NCBI GenBank assembly: GCA_052146595.1
Contig: JBKQMT010000110.1
Location: 14,275 to 78,274 of the forward strand
DNA length: 64,000 bases
Source of the DNA: Acidimicrobiales bacterium
GTDB lineage: Bacteria; Actinomycetota; Acidimicrobiia; Acidimicrobiales; Bog-793
Direction: 5' to 3'
Shown here: piece by piece, positions 19,005-33,003 of the stretch
Layout: each line of letters opens with the position of its first letter
How positions within the stretch are numbered: the stretch's first letter is position 1
The notes under the pieces: model-generated
The model's database searches: none
Seen by the model: only the letters and a program-made list of their open reading frames with translations
Told to the model about the DNA's origin: nothing
Made by a program: the position numbers and the translations under genes

Positions 19005-19124
19005 GCCGTCTGGCCCGGGCCGTCTGGCCCACGGAGGCTCGCCCGGGCGGCTGGCCCACGCCGTCTGGCCGACGGAGGCTCGCCCGGGCGTCTGGCCCAC
19101 GCCAGCTGGCCCACGGAGGCTCGC
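19005..19124. repeat. 41-bp tandem repeat, about 2.6 copies plus a leading partial copy
   Basis: Units at 19020-19060 and 19061-19101 read ccgtctggccCacggaggctcgcccgggcgGctggcccacg and ccgtctggccGacggaggctcgcccgggcgTctggcccacg. A third, partial unit spans 19102-19124. The period is not a multiple of 3. Confidence 0.8.
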
Positions 19125-19335
19125 TGAGAGCCGATCAGGCCAGCTCAGCGCTGTTGTCCTGGCTCCCTGAACCCGGCTCTCTGGACGCCGCAGTGAGCGC
19201 GGGAGCGGCTTTGGGACGTCGTCGCCCTTAGCACGGCCAGCGTTGCCAGGGCAAGGACCCTGCACGGCCAAGCTTGACTCCACCGTTACACTTACGTTCG
19301 AGTAATGAGGCAGCGCAAGTTCGCTGACCGGCGCG

Positions 19336-20373
<1,038 letters not shown>

Positions 20374-20448
20374 GCTCGGGCGCCGCCTGACGGCTGAGCC
20401 CGCCGGCTCGAGAGCGCACCGCGGGCCGTTGCTGGCTACGATCGCGCC

Positions 20449-20526
20449 ATGACGAAGAAGCTCGTGATACTGATATTGCTCGTCGCTCTGGGCATCATCG
20501 CGGCGAAGCGTCTTCGCGGCGACTGA
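20449..20526 (+). CDS. possible 25-aa hydrophobic peptide
   Basis: The peptide is MTKKLVILILLVALGIIAAKRLRGD. It lies in the convergent gap between the sigma and HAD genes. There is no Shine-Dalgarno sequence, and G+C is lower than the surroundings. Confidence 0.2.
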   Translation: MTKKLVILILLVALGIIAAKRLRGD

Positions 20527-20544
20527 CGGCCGGGTGAGACGCAG

Positions 20545-21744
20545 CTAGCTGCTGCGTCTGCGCGAGCCCAACCACCAGCCTGCGGCGGCAGCTCCGACAC
20601 CGAGGGCCACCGCACCGGCCGACACCGCAATGGCGGGGCGGGGCGGCACCGCCCCGAGGCGGTCCCGCACCCTGCTCCAAAGGCTGACGGTCTGGCTGAA
20701 ATGGAGGACCTCGAAGTCATGCTCGCGCGCGTAACGGTTCAGCACCCGGTCGGGATTGACGGCGACTGGGTGGCCGACGGCCTCCAGCATCGGTAGGTCG
20801 GTGTAGGAATCTGTGTACGCATAGGAGGCAGCGAGGTCGATGCCACGTTCGGCTGCGAGGGCGTCCATCGCCTCAGCCTTGAAGGGCCCGAAGGCGTAGA
20901 ACTGCATCGTGCCTGTGTACCTGCCCTGGTCGTCCACACGCGCTCGGCTCGCGATGCATTCGTCCGCACCGAGAAACCTGCTCAGCGGAGTCACGATCTC
21001 CTCCGGTGACGCCGACACGATGACGACGAGGCGTCCGTGCTCATGGTGCCAGTCGATGAGGTCGGCCGCCTCCGCAAAGATGATCGGCTCGACGATGGCC
21101 TCGATCGCCTCGGCGACGATCTCGCGTACCCGGTCGCTGTGCCAGCCCTTGATCAGGCGGAGGATCGACTCGCGGATCTGGTTGAGCTTCTGCTCGCTCG
21201 CCCCGAGGTGAAGGTATATGAGCTCGCCGTAGACCGCCCGTAGCACGGTTCGCCGGTTGATCAAGCCTCCGTTGTAGAAGGGTCGACCGAAGGCAACCAT
21301 CGAAGCCTTTGCGATGACCGTCTTGTCGAGGTCGAAGAACGCGGCTTCCAGTGCGCCATATGTGGCCGGGACGTGCTCGGTGGGTCGCCCGGAGCCGGCG
21401 AGCCGGTTGTTGCCCGCCAGCCCCTGGTCGACGGCACCGCTCCCGTCGGCACCCTCGTCGGCGAGCCCGCCCTCGGGCCTGTGGCGCCGTCGCCCGCGGT
21501 TGCGACTGCGACGCCGCTTGGGCGTCGACGCCTCCGGGGGGGTCTCCGCCCCCGGCTCGCCCGGCTCCTCTTCCGGCCCGCCCGGCTCCTCTTGGTCCGG
21601 CCCCGGCTGGCCCGGTTCCGCCCCCGGCTCGGCTTCCAGGCCCGGCTCGCCCGGCTCCTCCAGGTTCGGCTCGGCGCCCTCCGGCTCGGCGCCCTCCGGC
21701 CCGGGAAACTCCCCGGATCGTGCCCCGTCCGGAGCGTCCGTCAC
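20545..21744 (-). CDS. HAD-IB family hydrolase with a disordered N-terminal region and a C-terminal TM helix
   Basis: The core reads AAFFDLDKTVI...VIVSASPEEIV...AYTDSYTDLPML, a SerB-like HAD-IB pattern. The GTG at 21744 overlaps the TGA of trkA (GTGA). The rest of the 510-aa track ORF overlaps trkA out of frame. Confidence 0.8.
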   Translation of the reverse strand: MTDAPDGARSGEFPGPEGAEPEGAEPNLEEPGEPGLEAEPGAEPGQPGPDQEEPGGPEEEPGEPGAETPPEASTPKRRRSRNRGRRRHRPEGGLADEGADGSGAVDQGLAGNNRLAGSGRPTEHVPATYGALEAAFFDLDKTVIAKASMVAFGRPFYNGGLINRRTVLRAVYGELIYLHLGASEQKLNQIRESILRLIKGWHSDRVREIVAEAIEAIVEPIIFAEAADLIDWHHEHGRLVVIVSASPEEIVTPLSRFLGADECIASRARVDDQGRYTGTMQFYAFGPFKAEAMDALAAERGIDLAASYAYTDSYTDLPMLEAVGHPVAVNPDRVLNRYAREHDFEVLHFSQTVSLWSRVRDRLGAVPPRPAIAVSAGAVALGVGAAAAGWWLGSRRRSS

Positions 21745-22409
21745 GAGCCCTGCAGGAGAAGCGTGCGGATCTCGTCGTCCTCGCACTGCGCGCTGACGAG
21801 CAACACGACTTCGTCCCCAACGACCAAGGGTGCGTCCGCCCGTGGCACGACCACGTGGCCGTCTCGCACGAGCGCCACGACAGCAGCACCACGAGGCATG
21901 ACGAGCGCTCCGAACTCGCTGCCTAGAACCGGCGAGCCGGCGTCCAACGTCACCTCCATGAGGCGGGTGTGACCGCCTTCGAACTGCAGCAGGCGGACCA
22001 GCGTTCCGACCGACACGGCCTCCTCGACGAGGCCCGCGAGCAGATGAGGCGTCGACACTGCCACGTCCACGCCCCACATCCCATTGAAGAGCCAGTTGTT
22101 CTTCGGATGGTTCACCCTTGCGATCACCCGAGGGACGGCGAACTCTTGCTTGGCGAGCTGGGAGACGACGAGGTTGTCCTCGTCGTCTCCGGTGGTGGCC
22201 ACCACGACATCCATCTCGTCGAAACGGGCCGCCTGCAGGGCAGATACCTCACAGGCATCTGCGGTGACACAGCGGACGCCCTCTATCGGCGGCAGCGTGG
22301 CCAGGCGATCGGGGTCTCGATCTATCAGCACCACTTCATGCCCATTTCGCGCTAGGTCCTCAGTGAGAAACCGGCCCACGTTGCCCGCACCCGCGATCGC
22401 CACTTTCAC
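21741..22409 (-). CDS. trkA: TrkA/RCK family potassium-transport regulatory protein
   Basis: It has the Rossmann N-terminus MKVAIAGAGNVGRFL...VVLIDRD plus a TrkA_C-like C-terminus. The GTG at 22409 overlaps the upstream stop. Confidence 0.85.
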   Translation of the reverse strand: MKVAIAGAGNVGRFLTEDLARNGHEVVLIDRDPDRLATLPPIEGVRCVTADACEVSALQAARFDEMDVVVATTGDDEDNLVVSQLAKQEFAVPRVIARVNHPKNNWLFNGMWGVDVAVSTPHLLAGLVEEAVSVGTLVRLLQFEGGHTRLMEVTLDAGSPVLGSEFGALVMPRGAAVVALVRDGHVVVPRADAPLVVGDEVVLLVSAQCEDDEIRTLLLQGS

Positions 22410-23098
22410 TCGTGGTTCCCCCCGTCCTTCGACCCCGATACGACCGATGCGCCAGGGAACAACGCTTCAAGCTTGCCTTCCACGTCGTGGGTGACGACTA
22501 GGTGGAGGACGTCGCCTTCCTGTCCGACGAGACCATCGACGTCGACCGTCGGCACGCCCGCCCGGGTCACGGCGACGACGCGGATCCCCTCGCCGTGGAG
22601 GGCCGCAGACGGCAAGCGGCGTCCCTCCCAGTCGATGGGCAGTAGTTGCTCGATCAGGTGCATTTCGCCCGTCGAGTCGGACCATTCGGTGATGGCGCGT
22701 TCGGGAAGAATCCGGCGGAGCACGTGGTCGATCGTCCAGGGGACCGTCGCCACCGTGGGGATTCCCAGCCGCTGAAAGATCTCGGCGCGGCGCGAATCGT
22801 AGATCCGGGCCACCACGTTCGGGATCTCGTAGGTCTCGCGGGCGATGCGGGCACAGAGGATGTTGGAGTTGTCGCCGCTGGTGACCGCGGCGAGGGCGGC
22901 CGCACCCTTCGCACCGGCCTCCTCGAGGTGATCCCGGTCGAAGCCGAAGCCGACGATCTGCTGTCCCGGCCAGCCAGCCGGCAACCGCCGGAACGCGCGG
23001 GGAAGTTTGTCGATGATGGCGACCGAGTGGCCGGCATTGGTCAACTCGGTGGCCAGTCCCGCGCCGGTCCTCCCGCACCCGACGACGATGACGTGCAT
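22406..23098 (-). CDS. trkA: TrkA/RCK family potassium-transport regulatory protein
   Basis: MHVIVVGCGRTGAGLATEL...VAIIDK matches the family. The start is set at ATG 23098. The upstream part of the track ORF is not protein-like. Confidence 0.85.
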   Translation of the reverse strand: MHVIVVGCGRTGAGLATELTNAGHSVAIIDKLPRAFRRLPAGWPGQQIVGFGFDRDHLEEAGAKGAAALAAVTSGDNSNILCARIARETYEIPNVVARIYDSRRAEIFQRLGIPTVATVPWTIDHVLRRILPERAITEWSDSTGEMHLIEQLLPIDWEGRRLPSAALHGEGIRVVAVTRAGVPTVDVDGLVGQEGDVLHLVVTHDVEGKLEALFPGASVVSGSKDGGNHE

Positions 23099-23204
23099 GA
23101 CGACAATCGAACACCCGGGAGCGCGCCTGCACAACTCACCGGCATTCTTGGCACCGGACCGCCGCGCGGCCGCGGTGGCCGCTCGAACCACCCGCTTATC
23201 CGGA

Positions 23205-23250
23205 ATCATTCGCCTAGGAGCGACAAAGTCATTCGCCTGGGATCGACAAA
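23205..23250. promoter_or_regulatory. tandem 23-bp direct repeat (21/23 identical) in the trkA/permease divergent intergenic region
   Basis: tcattcgcctaggagcgacaaag is at 23205-23227 and tcattcgcctgggatcgacaaag at 23228-23250. The repeat ends 15 nt before the permease GTG. Confidence 0.5.
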
Positions 23251-23265
23251 GTAGGCTCAGAAGTC

Positions 23266-25821
23266 GTGCCGGGCGGAACAATCGACGAGCTTGGCCAGCC
23301 GGCAGTCGAACAGGCGCCATCTCCATCGGCTCCGCCATCGGCACCGCTGTCGTCACCGCCTCTGAGCAACGATGACGTCGGGGAAAGATTCAGCCGTCAG
23401 GAATTGGGCGACGTCGTAGTCCTTCCCGAGTCGTTCTCCTACCGCCTGAAGAAGGCGCTGCTCGGGCCGCCGCTGGTCACCGAGCGCCTTTCTGTGGAGC
23501 GCCTCAGCAAGCCAATGGCGCTCGGCGTCCTCTCCCCTGACTGCATCTCCTCCACCGCCTATGGAACCGAGGAGATCCTCTTCGTGCTAGTCAGAGCCGT
23601 CGGCGTTGCCGCCTTCAGCCTTCTCCTGCCGATCACCCTGGCCGTGATAGTCGTGCTTCTCTTCGTGACCCTCTCCTACCGAGAGGTCGTCATGGTCTAC
23701 ACACGCGCCGGCGGTTCCTATGTCGTGGCCAGGGAGAACTTCGGAGTCAAGGTGGCACAGATTGCCGCCGTCGCCTTGATCATCGACTACGTCGTGACCG
23801 TCGCCGTGCAGGTCGCGGCGGGGACTGACGCCGTGTCCTCCGCCTTTCCTGCCCTCGCGGCCTGGGACGTCGAGATCTCTGTCGTCGTCGTGGCCATCAT
23901 GTGCTACGGGAACCTGCGCGGCATCCGAGAAGCAGGCCGCGTGTTCGCCCTGCCGACGTACCTGTTCGTCACCGCGACGGGGTCGCTGATCATCATCGGC
24001 CTCATCCGGGCGGCCCTCGGCCAGCTGCACGCCCACCCGATTCCCTTTCACGACAAGATCGTCCCGTTCGGCCACCCCGGCAGCGGCTTGCTGTACGGAG
24101 CTTCGGTCATCATCGTGCTGCGGGCCTTTGCCAACGGCGGGTCGTCGCTGACGGGCCTCGAGGCGATCTCGAACGGGGTCTCGAATTTCCGCCCACCCGA
24201 AGGGCCCAACGCCCGGCGGGTGCTCGTCATCATGGCGGTCATCCTCGGCTCGCTCGTATCCGGAGTCTCCCTCCTCGCCCACATCACCCACGCCGTCCCC
24301 TATCTGAACGGGAGCCCGACGGTGCTCTCCCAAGAGGCGCAGTACGTCTTCGGGTCGAGCCCGATCGGCAGGTTCGGCTTCTACTTCGTGCAGGGCGCCA
24401 CGATGCTCATCTTGTGGACGGGCGGCAACACGAGCTTCAACGGGTTCCCGAACCTCGCCAGCTTCGTAGCGGAGGACTCCTTCCTGCCCCGCCGGCTGAC
24501 CCGCCGCGGGCACCGGCTCGTGTTCTCGAACGGGATCATCCTCCTCGCCATCGCCGCCGAGGCACTCCTCATAGCGACCCGGGCTCAGTTGGACATCCTG
24601 GTCGGCGTGTACGCCGTCGGCGTCTTCACGGGCTTCAGCTTCGCGGGTTTCGGCATGTCCAAGCACCACCTCCGCCTGCGGGAGAAGGGATGGAAGCACA
24701 AGCTCGCCATCAACGGCTTTGCCGGGATCCTGTCCCTCAGCGTCGTGCTCATCTTCGTCATCGTGAAGTTCCGCGAAGGCGTCTGGATCGTCGTCCTGCT
24801 CTTCTTCATCCTCGTGCCCACCCTGATCCGTCTTCACAAGGAGTACGAGGAGGAGCGCAAGGAGCTGGAGGAGAACGTCAGCAACGCCGCCGTGGCCCCG
24901 ATCCTTCGCCGTCACGTCGTCCTCGTATTCGTCGACCGGCTGGATCTCGCCGATGCCCGCGCCCTGCAGTACGCCCGCATGCTTGACCCGGACGAGCTGC
25001 GGGCGGTGCATTTCGTGTTGGACAGTGCTCGCGCGGCCGAGCTCGAGGCTCAATGGGCCGAGCTAGGTCTCTCGCGCTTTCCTCTTGACCTTGTCGAATG
25101 CCCCGACCGCCGTTTGATCAGGGCCTCGATGGAGCTGGTAGCCGAGGTGGCGGCCGATGGCCAGACGGAGGTCAGCGTGCTCCTGCCGCACCGCGTGGTC
25201 CCGGGGGCATGGCAACGGCTGCTGCACGACCGCACATCGGACCGCATCGCCGCCTTCGTCGGCGAGTTGCCGAACGTGAACGCGACGATCGTGCCCTTCC
25301 AGCTCGGGAAGCGGCGGAGGCAATTGGTTCCCTGGAAGGCGGGCGGAGAGCGGGGGACAGGAGCGTTGCACGACGCCGAGTTCGGCACGATCGGGCCGAG
25401 CCGGGCGGCGCGCGAGGCGGGTGCCAAGACGGCGGCCGAGCGCGTCGCCGGCTTCCAGACCGCCTCCCCGTCAGGTCTTGCCGCCGGCGCCGTTCCCATC
25501 GCTGACCTGCGACCGCGGCAGCGTGCCCGGGTTGCGGGGCGGATACGGACGGTGCGCGTCCAGCCCCGAGCCGGTGTCTCGTCGCTCGAATGCACGATCG
25601 CTGACGGGACCGGGCAGGTGATGGCTGTGTTCCAAGGCCGCCGGCGCGTAGCCGGCATCGAGCCGGGAGCCCGCGTCGTGGTTGAAGGCATGGTCGCCGC
25701 CCGTGGCCGTGGCGTCGGGATGGTGAACCCCCTCTACTGGGTGATCTCAACCCCCGATCACGCTGAGGCGCCTTCGACGGGGGGCCACGACGCTGTCCCA
25801 GGCGGTCCCGGTCGCGCCTGA
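23266..25821 (+). CDS. APC-superfamily permease with a cytosolic C-terminal domain fused to an OB-fold domain
   Basis: The 851-aa protein has about 12 TM helices (LSPDCISSTAYGTEEILFVL..., ANGGSSLTGLEAISNG). A soluble domain follows (HVVLVFVDRLD...LLPHRV). The C-terminal segment is VPIADLRPRQRARVAGRIRTVRVQPRAGVSSLECTIADGTGQVMAVFQGRRRVAGIEPGARVVVEGMV. There is no stop between these parts. Confidence 0.85.
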   Translation: MPGGTIDELGQPAVEQAPSPSAPPSAPLSSPPLSNDDVGERFSRQELGDVVVLPESFSYRLKKALLGPPLVTERLSVERLSKPMALGVLSPDCISSTAYGTEEILFVLVRAVGVAAFSLLLPITLAVIVVLLFVTLSYREVVMVYTRAGGSYVVARENFGVKVAQIAAVALIIDYVVTVAVQVAAGTDAVSSAFPALAAWDVEISVVVVAIMCYGNLRGIREAGRVFALPTYLFVTATGSLIIIGLIRAALGQLHAHPIPFHDKIVPFGHPGSGLLYGASVIIVLRAFANGGSSLTGLEAISNGVSNFRPPEGPNARRVLVIMAVILGSLVSGVSLLAHITHAVPYLNGSPTVLSQEAQYVFGSSPIGRFGFYFVQGATMLILWTGGNTSFNGFPNLASFVAEDSFLPRRLTRRGHRLVFSNGIILLAIAAEALLIATRAQLDILVGVYAVGVFTGFSFAGFGMSKHHLRLREKGWKHKLAINGFAGILSLSVVLIFVIVKFREGVWIVVLLFFILVPTLIRLHKEYEEERKELEENVSNAAVAPILRRHVVLVFVDRLDLADARALQYARMLDPDELRAVHFVLDSARAAELEAQWAELGLSRFPLDLVECPDRRLIRASMELVAEVAADGQTEVSVLLPHRVVPGAWQRLLHDRTSDRIAAFVGELPNVNATIVPFQLGKRRRQLVPWKAGGERGTGALHDAEFGTIGPSRAAREAGAKTAAERVAGFQTASPSGLAAGAVPIADLRPRQRARVAGRIRTVRVQPRAGVSSLECTIADGTGQVMAVFQGRRRVAGIEPGARVVVEGMVAARGRGVGMVNPLYWVISTPDHAEAPSTGGHDAVPGGPGRA

Positions 25822-25995
25822 CCGTCGGTCCACGGAGGGCTGCTGCTGCCCGCCTCCCGGCTCCGAAGGCCGCCGGCTCGGGCGACCCACGCACAGCGAG
25901 GGGGAACGGTCGCCGACTGCCCAGTCAATTGCGCAGTTTGAATCTACGGGCCGCCTACCGTATTGTCCGAGCCGACCCGACCAAAGGAGCAAGTA

Positions 25996-28362
<2,367 letters not shown>

Positions 28363-28416
28363 CCTCTCGCGGACCGGCGCCCTCGGGGCCAGCCGCCCTG
28401 ATCGGGACGAGCGCAC

Positions 28417-31446
<3,030 letters not shown>

Positions 31447-31547
31447 GCAGCTCGCCTCCCCCGGAGGCTCTGTGCGAAGCTCTGGCGGCCGATCCGCTGG
31501 CGCGGACGCCGGAGGGCTTCGCCCGTCAACCCAAGGGGGTTTCGTCT

Positions 31548-32249
31548 ATGGCCAAGAAACTCGTGGCTGAACTGGTCGGTACGTTCGTTCTGGTCTTCTT
31601 CGCCGTCGGGAGCGCGGTCGGCGGGATCAAGGAGATCGGGCCCGTCGGCGTGGCGTTCGCCTTCGGCCTCGTGCTCCTCGCGCTCGTCTATGCCATCGGA
31701 CCGGTGTCTGGTTGCCACGTCAATCCGGCTGTCACCCTGGGGGCGCTGCTCGCCGGCCGCATCCCTTTGCGCGAGGCGGTCGGTTACTGGGTGGTGCAGT
31801 TCGTCGGTGGCATTGCAGGTGGCGCGATGTTGAAGTTGATGACTTCCAGCTTCGGCAAGGTCGTGGACCAAACGGGAACGCTCGGCACCGACTCCTACGG
31901 CAAGCACATCACCGAGGGTGGTGCCTTCGTCCTCGAGATCGTGCTCACGTTTCTTCTCGTGTTCGTCGTTCTCATGGCGACCGAGAAGGGAGCCGCAGCC
32001 GGCTTCGCTGGGCTCGCGATCGGCCTCTCGCTGACGGTGATCCACCTGGTGGGCATACCGCTCGACGGCACTTCGGTGAACCCGGCGCGAGCTCTCGGTC
32101 CGGCGCTGTTCCAGGGCGGGACCGCGCTCAGCCAGGTGTGGCTGTTCATCGTCGCGCCGCTCGTAGGCGGCGTGCTGGCGGCAGGTCTCAACCTGTTGCT
32201 CTGGAGCGAGTCGAAGCCGCTCGAGCCCGAGCTCAAGGCTGAGGCCTGA
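31548..32249 (+). CDS. aqpZ: aquaporin (MIP family)
   Basis: It has two NPA boxes (NPAVTLG and NPARALG) and 6 TM helices over 233 aa. Confidence 0.9.
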   Translation: MAKKLVAELVGTFVLVFFAVGSAVGGIKEIGPVGVAFAFGLVLLALVYAIGPVSGCHVNPAVTLGALLAGRIPLREAVGYWVVQFVGGIAGGAMLKLMTSSFGKVVDQTGTLGTDSYGKHITEGGAFVLEIVLTFLLVFVVLMATEKGAAAGFAGLAIGLSLTVIHLVGIPLDGTSVNPARALGPALFQGGTALSQVWLFIVAPLVGGVLAAGLNLLLWSESKPLEPELKAEA

Positions 32250-32358
32250 GCAGCCGTCCCCGCGCGCCCCGAGAGACGGCGCCGCAGGCCCGCGAAGCGA
32301 CCGCCTCCGCCGCCGGCTACTGCCGTGGTGTAGAGCGTGAGGCTCTATCGTTCGAACT

Positions 32359-33003
32359 GTGGGCACAAAGGGGCGTCTTGTCGCGATCGAAGGCGGCGAG
32401 GGCGCCGGGAAATCGACCCAGGCCCACCTTCTTGCCGCGGCGATCGGCGCCGAGGAGAGCCGCGAGCCGGGCGGGAGCCCCATCGCCGAGCGCATCCGGG
32501 CGCTTCTTCTCGACCCGTCCCTAGGCGTGCTTGCGCCCCGAGCGGAGCTGCACCTCATGTTGGCGGCGCGCGCCGAGCACCTCAGCGACCGTATCGAACC
32601 GGCGCTCGCCGCTGGGCGCCACGTCGTCGTCGACCGGTTCGCGGGCTCGACGCTCGCCTACCAGGGCTACGGCCGAGGCTTGCCGATCGAGGAGGTGCGC
32701 CTGGCCTGCGAGCTTGCGGCCGGAGGCAGATGGCCCGACCTGTCGGTTCTCCTGGACCTTCCCCTCGAGCTCGCCGAGGCACGCCGCGCCGCCCAGCACG
32801 CGCAACTGCCGGGAACGAGCCCTGACCGGATCGAAGGCGAAGACCGGGAGTTCCACTTGCGAGTGAGCGAAGGCTTCCGCAAGCTCGCCGCGGGCGACGC
32901 CGGGCACTGGGTTGTGGTCGACGGCTCCGGGCCCGCGGCCGAAGTCGCCGCCGAGGTGTTGCGAGCCGTTCGCTCACGTCTCGGCATCGGGGGCCCCTCG
33001 TGA
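32359..33003 (+). CDS. tmk: thymidylate kinase
   Basis: The P-loop is IEGGEGAGKST and DRF/LID-type motifs follow. It has a GTG start. Confidence 0.85.
   Translation: MGTKGRLVAIEGGEGAGKSTQAHLLAAAIGAEESREPGGSPIAERIRALLLDPSLGVLAPRAELHLMLAARAEHLSDRIEPALAAGRHVVVDRFAGSTLAYQGYGRGLPIEEVRLACELAAGGRWPDLSVLLDLPLELAEARRAAQHAQLPGTSPDRIEGEDREFHLRVSEGFRKLAAGDAGHWVVVDGSGPAAEVAAEVLRAVRSRLGIGGPS

Noticed and set aside
18593-19231. 212-aa and other ORFs reading through the 41-bp tandem repeat
   Set aside because: The repeat period is not a multiple of three, so each copy would be read in a different frame. The translations are low-complexity Arg/Pro/Ala/Gly.
20545-22077. 510-aa version of the HAD-IB ORF
   Set aside because: The part upstream of 21744 overlaps trkA out of frame and is Arg/Gly-rich. 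The GTG at 21744 overlapping the trkA stop is the sensible start.
23587-25053. 488-aa minus-strand ORF inside the APC permease gene
   Set aside because: It is antisense to a strong membrane-protein call. Its composition is acidic and Arg-rich, and no family signature is present.
32320-32362. tRNA-like fragment (gtggtgtagagcgtgaggctctatcgttcgaac) upstream of tmk
   Set aside because: I could not build an acceptor stem or a cloverleaf around it, and there is no T-loop GTTCGAATC context with a matching stem. It is probably chance similarity.
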